Source: Eubacteriales bacterium (lineage in GTDB: Bacteria > Bacillota > Clostridia > Oscillospirales > CAG-272). Taken from it: a DNA stretch of 64,000 nucleotides. The stretch's first letter is position 1; each line of letters opens with the position of its first letter. Position numbers and translations under genes: made by a program. Shown here in pieces: positions 21,894 through 29,691 of the stretch. The notes beneath the pieces are model-generated. The model searched no databases. It worked only from the letters and a program-made list of their open reading frames with translations, and was not told the DNA's origin. The stretch covers positions 1,180 to 65,179 of the forward strand of contig JAZNBB010000079.1 in NCBI GenBank assembly GCA_045586845.1, written 5' to 3'.

Positions 21894-22811
21894 TTAATGA
21901 TAAAAATCATGGTTACCTACGCGAAAGGCGTATTTGCGGTTTTGTTGGATCCAGGATGAGGTAGCAATACGGGGATTGACAAAATACAGCACCGAGCCGG
22001 ACAACGTATATCCGTCCAGGCACATCTTGGCAGCCACTATGGCAGACTCTGTGGGTGTGGTATAAATACTGCCGTTTGCCACGGGTGTGAATTGCGTACC
22101 GTATTTTTTATCAAATATCACACCCTTGACCGTATTTGGAAATTGCTTTGATTTTACACGGTTAAGTACTACCGTTCCAACGCCAATCTGTCCGGTAAAG
22201 CTCTCGCCCTTTGCCTCTGCCGAAATGATGCGGGAGAGCCAGTATAAATTCTCATAATTGTAAGCGGAATCGGGCTTGACCATACTTTTAGCCTGTTTGA
22301 GCGTTACGTTCCATGCACTTGGTGGTTGTGTCTGCGGCTTGACGGTCTGTGCCGGCTTTTGTGTAGTTTGAGGTGGTTTTGCGGTCACTGACTCTGCCGG
22401 CTTCTGCGTTTCCGGGCGTGTGCTCTGCTGCGGTTTTTGCGTGCTTACAGGCGGTTTTGTGTTGTGCTCCGGGTTTATGACCGTCTCCTGCTCGGAAGGG
22501 CTTGATTCAGGTCTTGGCTGTGGTTCTGCCTCCGGCAATACGATTTCTTGATTTGCCGTAAACGTTTCAATCTCCTGCCCGTCAGGTAATTCGTCCGGCA
22601 ATTCGATTACTTGCTGATCATCGGGTATTTCAGGTATGTAATACTCGTCTGTCGTTTGCATCTGCGACAGTATTGACATACGCCGGGTGAAGGGTGTATC
22701 TGTTACAATTTTTCGTACAGCAAATCCTATGTATACCATTGCCAACAATGCAAGTACACCGCACACGGGCATAGCATAGCGCGAATGAGCAATTTTTCGT
22801 ATGAATTTCAT
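21894..22811 (-). CDS. Membrane-anchored cell-wall hydrolase (SleB/CwlJ Hydrolase_2 domain)
   Basis: The C-terminal motif is LYWLSRIISAEAKGESFTGQIGVGTVVLNRV...TQFTPVANG. An N-terminal TM and a Pro/Gln-rich linker are present. The ATG at 22811 has the RBS AAAGGAAAGGAAG and lies downstream of a TTGCAC-17-TACAAT promoter, so the longer ORF from 22931 is rejected. Confidence 0.75.
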   Translation of the reverse strand: MKFIRKIAHSRYAMPVCGVLALLAMVYIGFAVRKIVTDTPFTRRMSILSQMQTTDEYYIPEIPDDQQVIELPDELPDGQEIETFTANQEIVLPEAEPQPRPESSPSEQETVINPEHNTKPPVSTQKPQQSTRPETQKPAESVTAKPPQTTQKPAQTVKPQTQPPSAWNVTLKQAKSMVKPDSAYNYENLYWLSRIISAEAKGESFTGQIGVGTVVLNRVKSKQFPNTVKGVIFDKKYGTQFTPVANGSIYTTPTESAIVAAKMCLDGYTLSGSVLYFVNPRIATSSWIQQNRKYAFRVGNHDFYH

Positions 22812-22870
22812 ATCACACTTCCTTTCCTTTTTATTCCGTTGATGAGATTGCCAAGGAAGTCGATATAAAT

Positions 22871-22899
22871 ATTGTAACAGAAAACACAGCGTGGTGCAA
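22871..22899 (-). promoter_or_regulatory. Promoter of the cell-wall hydrolase gene
   Basis: On the minus strand: TTGCAC, a 17-nt spacer, then TACAAT. Confidence 0.5.
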
Positions 22900-22935
22900 G
22901 CAACAATATATGGTAATGAAATGTTTGCCAAACCC

Positions 22936-22964
22936 TTGCAAAATGCTATATTTTGTGTTATAAT
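22936..22964 (+). promoter_or_regulatory. Promoter of maf(-mreB-PBP2)
   Basis: TTGCAA, a 17-nt spacer, then TATAAT with TG at -15/-14. Confidence 0.55.
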
Positions 22965-23014
22965 TAATATTGGATTATTGTGGATAGGTATACCTATTTA
23001 TAGGAGAGATATAT

Positions 23015-23623
23015 ATGAAAATCATTTTAGCATCCAAATCGCCTCGCCGCAAGGAAATTCTTGAGATGTTGGATATTTCCTTTACCATCGTCACAGCTGA
23101 TACCGATGAACATAGCGAACAAACAGACCCCGCACTGCTGGTTGAGCAGCTTGCCATGCAAAAGGCGCAAGACGTACAGGACCTCTTAGATGCACAGGAT
23201 AAGTTAGAGCCTGACACGCTGATCATTGCATCCGATACAGTGGTTGCCTTGAAGAGCAAAATTTTGGGCAAGCCGAAGGATAGAGAGGATGCTCGCAGCA
23301 TGATCAAAGGGCTGCAAAATACAACGCATCACGTGCTCTCGGGTATCGCATTTTGTTATTATGATGCACAAAAAAAGAGGAGGGGTGCAGTCTCACACGC
23401 ATCCACTGCAGTGCATTTCGGACCTATGAGTGATACGGATATTGAGCTGTATCTTGATTCCGGTGAGCCATATGATAAGGCAGGTGCTTACGCCATTCAA
23501 GGCTTGGCGGGCAGATGGATCACGGGTATTGAGGGAGATTATTTCAACGTTGTCGGATTGCCTGTTAATACCATGTGTGAGCTTGCAAAGCAGGCGTTTG
23601 GAATTGATCTTTTGAGAATATAA
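23015..23623 (+). CDS. maf: Maf-like nucleoside triphosphate pyrophosphatase / septum formation protein
   Basis: The N-terminus is ILASKSPRRKEIL. The motifs IIASDTVV and KAGAYAIQG are present. It is syntenic with mreB. Confidence 0.9.
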   Translation: MKIILASKSPRRKEILEMLDISFTIVTADTDEHSEQTDPALLVEQLAMQKAQDVQDLLDAQDKLEPDTLIIASDTVVALKSKILGKPKDREDARSMIKGLQNTTHHVLSGIAFCYYDAQKKRRGAVSHASTAVHFGPMSDTDIELYLDSGEPYDKAGAYAIQGLAGRWITGIEGDYFNVVGLPVNTMCELAKQAFGIDLLRI

Positions 23624-23669
23624 ATTTTTTATAGAGACCGGACTTACGGACAGTCCGTTCACAAACAAA

Positions 23670-23770
23670 ATGAAATCTGCCTTGCGGCAGATGAAATCCG
23701 CTATCGCGGATGAAATCGCTGCGCGATGAAATCCACCAATGGCGATGCCATTAGTGGGTAAAATGAAAAA
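23670..23770 (+). repeat. Array of ATGAAATC octamers alternating with unrelated GC-rich mini-hairpins (maf-mreB spacer)
   Basis: ATGAAATC occurs at 23670, 23691, 23710 and 23726, and the variant ATGAAAAA at 23763. The octamers are separated by CTGCC-TTGC-GGCAG, CCGC-TATC-GCGG, TCGC-TGC-GCGA and an 11-bp stem CCACCAATGGC-GAT-GCCATTAGTGG. Confidence 0.8.
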
Positions 23771-23798
23771 ATTTTACGGAAAGGAGGGAGAGTTTTTC

Positions 23799-24806
23799 GT
23801 GGCAAGACATCTCGGCATCGATCTCGGTACGTCCAATACGCGTTTTTGGCTTAAGGAAAAAGGCATACTTTTGCGCTCTCCCTCTGCCGTTGCCATAGAT
23901 AACAAAACTCGTGAAGTAGTTGCAGTCGGCAGTGATGCACGCCGCATGGTTGGCAAAACTCCCGTGCATCTCTCTGCTTACAGACCCATACAAGACAGCG
24001 TTGTCACAAATCTGGAGGTTACCTCTACCATGCTGCACGAATTTTTCGTGCGCACCAACTGCACGGGATTTTTCAACAAGCCCACAGTGCTTGCCGCCAG
24101 CCCTTACAGGCTGACAGACGTGGAGCGTCTTGCCATCGAGACCGCGATTTTGGATGCGGGCGCAAAGTCGGTTGCCATGATCGACGCTCCTTTGGCAGCT
24201 GCGCTTGGTGCGGGACTTCGCATTGCAGACCCTCGCGGCTGTATGGTGTGCGATATCGGCGGCGGTACGACTGAGATCGCAGTCATCAGTTCAGGAGGCA
24301 TCGTGCGTGCGCGTTCCTTGCGTGTGGGTGGCGATAAGTTTGATCAAGCGATCATCAATTACTGCAAATACCGCAAGGATCTGATCGTTGGTGACACGGC
24401 TGCCGAGATGGCAAAGCGTCAGTTAGCGGTCGCCACGCCCGATATCGATCGCGGCAGTATGCAGATCTTCGGCAGAAACGTACGTACGGGACTTGCCACT
24501 ACTCAGACCATTGCGTCAGGAGAGGTCTGCCAGGCATTGCGCGCACCCTTGGAAGCAATCATTCGTGCCATCATTACCACCATTGAAGAAACGCCTCCCG
24601 AAATTGCGGGTGACATTTTCGATTTTGGTATTATGCTCACGGGCGGCGGTGCCAATATTCCCGGTCTTGCCGCGCATATATCCAAGCAGGTAGGCGTACG
24701 CGTCACGGTTGCAAAGCATCCCACAGACGCGGTTTGCCAGGGTCTTGGTAAGTTTATCGATCATCCTAAGCTGACTTCCAAGCAGCTGATCTACAGATCG
24801 AGGTAA
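23799..24806 (+). CDS. mreB: Rod shape-determining actin homologue MreB
   Basis: The motifs LGIDLGTSNT and DIGGGTTEIAVIS are present. The ORF opens at 23739 inside the hairpin array. I prefer the GTG at 23799 because of the RBS AAGGAGGG; the ATG at 23763 is an alternative. Confidence 0.9.
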   Translation: MARHLGIDLGTSNTRFWLKEKGILLRSPSAVAIDNKTREVVAVGSDARRMVGKTPVHLSAYRPIQDSVVTNLEVTSTMLHEFFVRTNCTGFFNKPTVLAASPYRLTDVERLAIETAILDAGAKSVAMIDAPLAAALGAGLRIADPRGCMVCDIGGGTTEIAVISSGGIVRARSLRVGGDKFDQAIINYCKYRKDLIVGDTAAEMAKRQLAVATPDIDRGSMQIFGRNVRTGLATTQTIASGEVCQALRAPLEAIIRAIITTIEETPPEIAGDIFDFGIMLTGGGANIPGLAAHISKQVGVRVTVAKHPTDAVCQGLGKFIDHPKLTSKQLIYRSR

Positions 24807-26918
24807 GTGATGGGACCTATGAAACAAAATAAGATCTCATACAGAATTTTCGTACTGACAGGTGTGTTCGTACTGATCTGTCTGCTGTACGTCTTTCGTC
24901 TTGCCGGCATCGTGCTGACAAGAGAAGTCACCGAGGTCAAGGATCACACTTATACGTACATGACGGTCAAAGCCGCGCGCGGACAGATATACGATCGCAA
25001 CGGTGTACCGTTGGTCACCAATAAGTACGTTTATAATCTGGTGATCAACGACCAAAGTCTTGCTGACAAAAATGTTGAGAGAAACAAGGCATTGCTGACG
25101 CTTTTGTTTGTATTCAATAACTCGGACGAGACACATAAGCGTGTGCAGGATACATATCCTTTTACGGGTACTTATCCTGATCTCAAATACGTTCCCGAGG
25201 TATTTGAGGATACTACTCTGCGCTACAGATTTTTACGCCGTATTGCGGAAAATGAGATAGAGGACGGTGTCAAGACCCATACGGTAACTGAGCTTGAGGC
25301 GCATTATACCGAAAATCCGGATGCATTTCCCACCGAGCAGGAAATCATAGATTTTTATCTCAAAAAATACGGTATGCATGAGGAAAACCGCGATAAGATA
25401 GCGTATACCTATGCGCAGATCGATGCACTTTTGCGATTGTATTACGATATGGAGTGTAACAATTTCGGCGGTTTGAATCAGTATACCTTTGCAACAGACC
25501 TTTCGCTTGCCATGATCACCAAGATTGAAGAGCGCGGCATTTCGGGCGTGGAGTTTTCTTATTCGATACAAAGGCAGTATGAATATCCGGGTTATGCTTC
25601 ACACATTCTGGGTACTATAGGACAGATATATGCCGAGGATTGGGAATATTATAAAGACCTTGGCTATAACATGAACGATTATGTGGGCATTTCGGGTTGT
25701 GAATATGCGTTCGAGCAGTATTTACGCGGTATTGACGGTGTCAAGGTGCTGGAATTTGACGCAGACGGCAATTTGGTGAACGAATACTATAAAAAAACGC
25801 CTGTCTCGGGCAATGACGTGTACTTGACCATTGATATCAATTTGCAAATAGCAGCTGAGGACGGGCTTGCCGAAAACATCAAGTACATTCGGGACCAAGG
25901 ATATAATAAGGATTGTGAGTCGGGCTCACTTGTTGCCATGCATCCAAATACGGGGGAAGTATTGGCAATTGCATCCTATCCCACGTTTGATCTGACTACG
26001 TATAATCTGGAATACAACGATTTGTACGCAGATCCCGCACAGCCGCTTTACAACCGCGCCTTGCAGGGTTTGTATGCGCCCGGCTCTACTTTCAAGCTGG
26101 GTATGGTGGTGGCAGGTATGGAGGAAGGGTTGATCGATGCGTCCACCAACATTCGATGTGACGGTGTCTATAAATTTTACAGCGGATATCAGCCGCATTG
26201 CTGGATCTATGATACGCCGCAGCCACCCTACAGTCACGGAGATATCAATGCCGCAAACGCCATCAGCGTGTCGTGTAACTGTTATTTTTACGATCTTGGC
26301 AGACAGCTTGGGATTACTAAAATGAATGAATACTGTAATTTTTACGGGCTTGGACAAAAAACAGGCATTGAATTGTACGAAGAAACCGGTATACTGGCAG
26401 GGGAAAGCTACCGAGAGCAAAACGGGCTTGCTACCTGGATGCCGGGTGATACCATTGCCGCTGCAATCGGACAGTCTGATAATACCTTTACACCCATTCA
26501 GATCGCCTCGTACGTCAGCACACTGCTCAACGGCGGCACAAGGTATTCGGCACGTCTGTTACATTCGGTCAACACGTATTTTATCAATGAGACCGTTTAT
26601 AAAGCAGAACCGCAGGTGCTGTCCACGCTGGAGATTTCTCAAAATGCATTGGATACCGTTATGCACGGTATGAAGCTCATGGTGGAAGACAGTAATTTTG
26701 TCAGACAAAATATGGCAAGCTTGCCTGTCACGGTTGGCGGTAAGACAGGTACGGCGCAGCTTGGCGGAGGTTTGACAGATAATGCCGTGTTTGTATGTGC
26801 TGCTCCTTATAATAACCCCGAGATCGTCATTTCGGTCGTTATCGAAAAGGGTGCCGGAGGCTCGTATTCATCACTTTCGGCAGCCAGAGTGCTGCAGGCG
26901 TATTACGGACAAGAATAA
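24807..26918 (+). CDS. mrdA: Penicillin-binding protein 2 (elongasome transpeptidase)
   Basis: N-terminal TM, a PBP dimerisation domain, and the transpeptidase motifs STFK, SVSCN (SxN) and KTGT. The start is within 24807..24819; GTG and ATG are alternatives. Confidence 0.85.
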   Translation: MMGPMKQNKISYRIFVLTGVFVLICLLYVFRLAGIVLTREVTEVKDHTYTYMTVKAARGQIYDRNGVPLVTNKYVYNLVINDQSLADKNVERNKALLTLLFVFNNSDETHKRVQDTYPFTGTYPDLKYVPEVFEDTTLRYRFLRRIAENEIEDGVKTHTVTELEAHYTENPDAFPTEQEIIDFYLKKYGMHEENRDKIAYTYAQIDALLRLYYDMECNNFGGLNQYTFATDLSLAMITKIEERGISGVEFSYSIQRQYEYPGYASHILGTIGQIYAEDWEYYKDLGYNMNDYVGISGCEYAFEQYLRGIDGVKVLEFDADGNLVNEYYKKTPVSGNDVYLTIDINLQIAAEDGLAENIKYIRDQGYNKDCESGSLVAMHPNTGEVLAIASYPTFDLTTYNLEYNDLYADPAQPLYNRALQGLYAPGSTFKLGMVVAGMEEGLIDASTNIRCDGVYKFYSGYQPHCWIYDTPQPPYSHGDINAANAISVSCNCYFYDLGRQLGITKMNEYCNFYGLGQKTGIELYEETGILAGESYREQNGLATWMPGDTIAAAIGQSDNTFTPIQIASYVSTLLNGGTRYSARLLHSVNTYFINETVYKAEPQVLSTLEISQNALDTVMHGMKLMVEDSNFVRQNMASLPVTVGGKTGTAQLGGGLTDNAVFVCAAPYNNPEIVISVVIEKGAGGSYSSLSAARVLQAYYGQE

Positions 26919-26928
26919 AGCTACAATG

Positions 26929-26964
26929 AAAAAGAACGAAAATCATGTGATTTTCGTTCTTTTT
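26929..26964. terminator. Bidirectional terminator between PBP2 and the convergent surface-protein operon
   Basis: AAAAA-GAACGAAAATCA..TGATTTTCGTTC-TTTTT. Confidence 0.75.
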
Positions 26965-26969
26965 CATAT

Positions 26970-27233
26970 TTAATTTTCACTCTCTTCCGGAAAGTGCAGC
27001 TCACCAAAGGTGGTTTGCTCTTCGGCAGTATCAGTGGGTATGTCCGTACCGGGTGCGGCGGTATGTTCTGCTGAATCCGTCGTCTCGATTACGGCATTGG
27101 TTGAGGATTGTGTGGACTGCGACAATGCGTCTGTTTGCGTGGAGGAATTCTCCCCTAAGGGGGGCATAGGCACGCAGCACGCAAGGCAGAGAGACAAAAA
27201 CAAGGTTGAAAGTGCCAATAAAACGTTACGCAC
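26970..27233 (-). CDS. Possible small secreted acidic protein (GTG start 1 nt after the upstream stop)
   Basis: The GTG at 27233 follows the TGA of the 818-aa gene by one base. The product (M)RNVLLALSTLFLSLCLACC... looks like a signal peptide followed by a Thr/Ser/Glu-rich tail. There is no clear RBS. Confidence 0.3.
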   Translation of the reverse strand: MRNVLLALSTLFLSLCLACCVPMPPLGENSSTQTDALSQSTQSSTNAVIETTDSAEHTAAPGTDIPTDTAEEQTTFGELHFPEESEN

Positions 27234-27234
27234 G

Positions 27235-29691
27235 TCAGTCACGCTTTCTTGTGGTGAATGCGCAGCCAAGCAACAGCAGTACAGCGACAACACTTGCACC
27301 CACCATGCTCTTACAGCCGCTCGGTTCAGCGGGCTCGGGCTGTGCAACGGGCTGCTCGGTAGTAGGTTCTTCGGTTGTGGGAGGTTCGGTCTCGGCAGCT
27401 GCCTGTGCCAGCTCCTCAAGCTTTGCGGTCAATGCTGCCGCATCTGTTTCAATTGCAGCAAGAGCTTCTTGCGCCTGTGTTTGTAATGCTTGCGCGTCTT
27501 CTACCTGATTGGTCAACGCTTGTGCCGATGTATTAGCAGCTTCGATCGAAGCAACACCTGCTTTGATTTTATCAAGCAATGCAACTGCTTCTGCATACAG
27601 TGCAGGAGTTTTTTTGTTGGCATTTTCAAGCTCCTTGGCAGCGTCCAATGCGCCTGTAGCATTTTCTGCCTGTACGGTAGCACTGCTTGCGATACCGTCA
27701 AGTGCTTTCTTGACGTTAAGCACGTCTACCAGCTTTTGCTTGAATGTGCCGAAATCGGCGATACAGCCCTCGGGAATATAGCCCTCAGTCAGCTTTTGCG
27801 CATCTTCTTGTGTCTTGGCGAACGCCAGCATGGAGAAGGTCATGCTCAGACCCTTTTCTACAGTCGGACCGTCAAAAATGTCAAAGCGCAGGTTGTTGAT
27901 TTTGCCTGCCCAACCGGGCTTTCCTGTCATATCAATGATGTGATAGGTAAATTCGTCACCCTTGGGCACTTCAAACCGTACAGTCTGACCGCCAACAGCA
28001 CCCATTGTCGAGCCGCAAGCATAGTAAATAGCCGAGGTGCTGGAGTTCACCTCTCTATCGGTCTTGACACGAAGAACGATATATTTATATTCATCCGCGC
28101 TGATCTGAGAAAGAGAGGTCATATCAAATGCAGCATAGGGGTCATTGCTTTGGGTGTTGAGCTTGATCACCATGCCGCCCTCCTCTGCATCGTAATACGT
28201 ATCGACAGCATTGTGTCCGCCCATAAACTCACTCATCAGCTCACCGCATACGTATTCGGTCGAAATATCCTTGTAGTCAAACAAAGGGTATTCGATGTGA
28301 TCCAGAGGACCCTGTGCTTCGCAAACAGGCTGCTCGTTCCACACAAAGCCAATGCCGTTGATCACGCCGCGCACTGAGCTGCCTATGATATTGCCCGCAT
28401 CATCCTTAAGGGGATCGGAGCCTTTGTTTCTTGCAACGTAGGTAGCACCACTGTCTGCCTCGTTCATGGAAACAAATGTGGCAGAACCGCCGCCGTCCAT
28501 ATAAAATACGCTGTTATAGCCCAGCTCCTGGCAGAACTGTACGCCCTTGGTAAAGTTCAAGCCCGCATACTTGCCGTGCTGCTGAGAGTTGATTGTCAGC
28601 ATCATGACTTTACCGTCGTTTTTATATCCGATCAACGTGGTGGGATATTCCGAATTATTGCCGTTGGAGGAAAAGATCTTGCCGTCATTGAGCACGATCA
28701 TATGGCCGCCGATAGCATCCTCCACGTTTTGCCAAAGCTCTGTGTTGCCCAGCTTGTCGGTTAAAGCAAGAGAGAAGGATACTGTATCACCCACGGCAAA
28801 ATGATTTTTGAGTGTATCGATCTTGTTGCCGCGCGCGGTCAGCACGATATTTTTCTCATTGAAGGTGGGTCTTGTCGAGGAGTTTGCAGGATAGATCGCC
28901 TTGACCGTTCCGCTGACCTTGCCGTCAAGCGTAAATGCGGAAGACTCCACTTCGATCTCGATCTCGTAAGCGTCCGAGAGAGCATAGTTGGTGTCGTTGC
29001 AGCGGTAGTTATATACGATCAGGGAGTTCCATGCGGGCAGGCGGTTGATACCGTCAACCGCAGCGGTATAGTTTTTTGTCTCATTTTGGATCGAAATATC
29101 CACTACGGGAATACCCACAAGTGGCTGATTGGTCGCGGTGATACCAAACGATGCTTTGTCAGGGCTGGTCGTGCCCTTTTCAGCGTTGGTGGCAACGTAG
29201 TTTTCCATACCGATCTGTTGGGTTGCCCAGATCTCCCCGTCGATCATGGTAAAGCCGCGCGGAACTTTCAGTACCTTGGTGGTTACCTGTTCGTTGCTGT
29301 GCACGTTTGTCATCCAAAGGTCGCCGTTGACGGCTGCCAGCACGGTTTGACCCGTATGTGCTGCGTTATACGCCTCGGATGCACGCATCATAGTTGCACC
29401 GGATACCATGTAGTCACCGCAGTTGATGACCTCAACAGACAGATTCGTATTTGCAAGATCACCCACGGCAACCAAAACTTCTTTGTCACCGTATGTGCCT
29501 GAAAGCGTGATCTTTTGTATGGTCACACCTGTTTTCGTGCCATCCGACAGCGTAACCTCCTCGGTCTCTCGTCCGGTCTCGCCGTCAAGTGTGCCAACGG
29601 GATCGGAAGGCTCTTCGGCATAAGCGATCAAAGGGAGAAGAACTCCCAGGCAAAGTGTCAGACTCAAAAGAATTATAAAAAACTTTTTCAT
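27235..29691 (-). CDS. Secreted phosphodiester glycosidase-like protein: DPY-KYR module, coiled-coil stalk, Gly-Cys C-terminal tail
   Basis: The signal peptide is MKKFFIILLSLTLCLGVLLPLIAYA. The NAGPA/DUF2233-like pattern is LAAVNGDLW ... TTLIGYKNDGKVMMLTI ... YNSVFYMDGGGSATFV. The module runs NDPYAAF..YKYIVLRVKT..NNLRFDIF. The protein ends SGCKSMVGASVVAVLLLLGCAFTTRKRD. Confidence 0.8.
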   Translation of the reverse strand: MKKFFIILLSLTLCLGVLLPLIAYAEEPSDPVGTLDGETGRETEEVTLSDGTKTGVTIQKITLSGTYGDKEVLVAVGDLANTNLSVEVINCGDYMVSGATMMRASEAYNAAHTGQTVLAAVNGDLWMTNVHSNEQVTTKVLKVPRGFTMIDGEIWATQQIGMENYVATNAEKGTTSPDKASFGITATNQPLVGIPVVDISIQNETKNYTAAVDGINRLPAWNSLIVYNYRCNDTNYALSDAYEIEIEVESSAFTLDGKVSGTVKAIYPANSSTRPTFNEKNIVLTARGNKIDTLKNHFAVGDTVSFSLALTDKLGNTELWQNVEDAIGGHMIVLNDGKIFSSNGNNSEYPTTLIGYKNDGKVMMLTINSQQHGKYAGLNFTKGVQFCQELGYNSVFYMDGGGSATFVSMNEADSGATYVARNKGSDPLKDDAGNIIGSSVRGVINGIGFVWNEQPVCEAQGPLDHIEYPLFDYKDISTEYVCGELMSEFMGGHNAVDTYYDAEEGGMVIKLNTQSNDPYAAFDMTSLSQISADEYKYIVLRVKTDREVNSSTSAIYYACGSTMGAVGGQTVRFEVPKGDEFTYHIIDMTGKPGWAGKINNLRFDIFDGPTVEKGLSMTFSMLAFAKTQEDAQKLTEGYIPEGCIADFGTFKQKLVDVLNVKKALDGIASSATVQAENATGALDAAKELENANKKTPALYAEAVALLDKIKAGVASIEAANTSAQALTNQVEDAQALQTQAQEALAAIETDAAALTAKLEELAQAAAETEPPTTEEPTTEQPVAQPEPAEPSGCKSMVGASVVAVLLLLGCAFTTRKRD

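Noticed and set aside
22812-22931. N-terminal extensions of listed ORFs: 22931 for the hydrolase, 12915 for the kinase, 42727 for LytTR, 47329 for the lipoprotein, 51578 for ftsH, 57587 for gdpP and 3988 for lipoprotein 2.
   Set aside because: In each case an internal start has a proper RBS and yields a canonical N-terminus (signal peptide, TM or family-typical start). The extension overlaps a promoter or the upstream gene.
23670-23729. A 19-codon upstream ORF (MKSALRQMKSAIADEIAAR) formed by the ATGAAATC repeats, considered as a leader peptide.
   Set aside because: No Shine-Dalgarno sequence precedes any of the repeated ATGs. The frame is a by-product of the repeat periodicity. I kept it only as a remark inside the array finding.
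23670-23770. I considered whether the octamer/hairpin arrays here and at 43032..43120 could be miniature CRISPR arrays.
   Set aside because: The repeats are only 8-9 bp and the spacers only 8-29 nt, and the spacers are self-complementary. There are no cas genes and no leader. This is not CRISPR.
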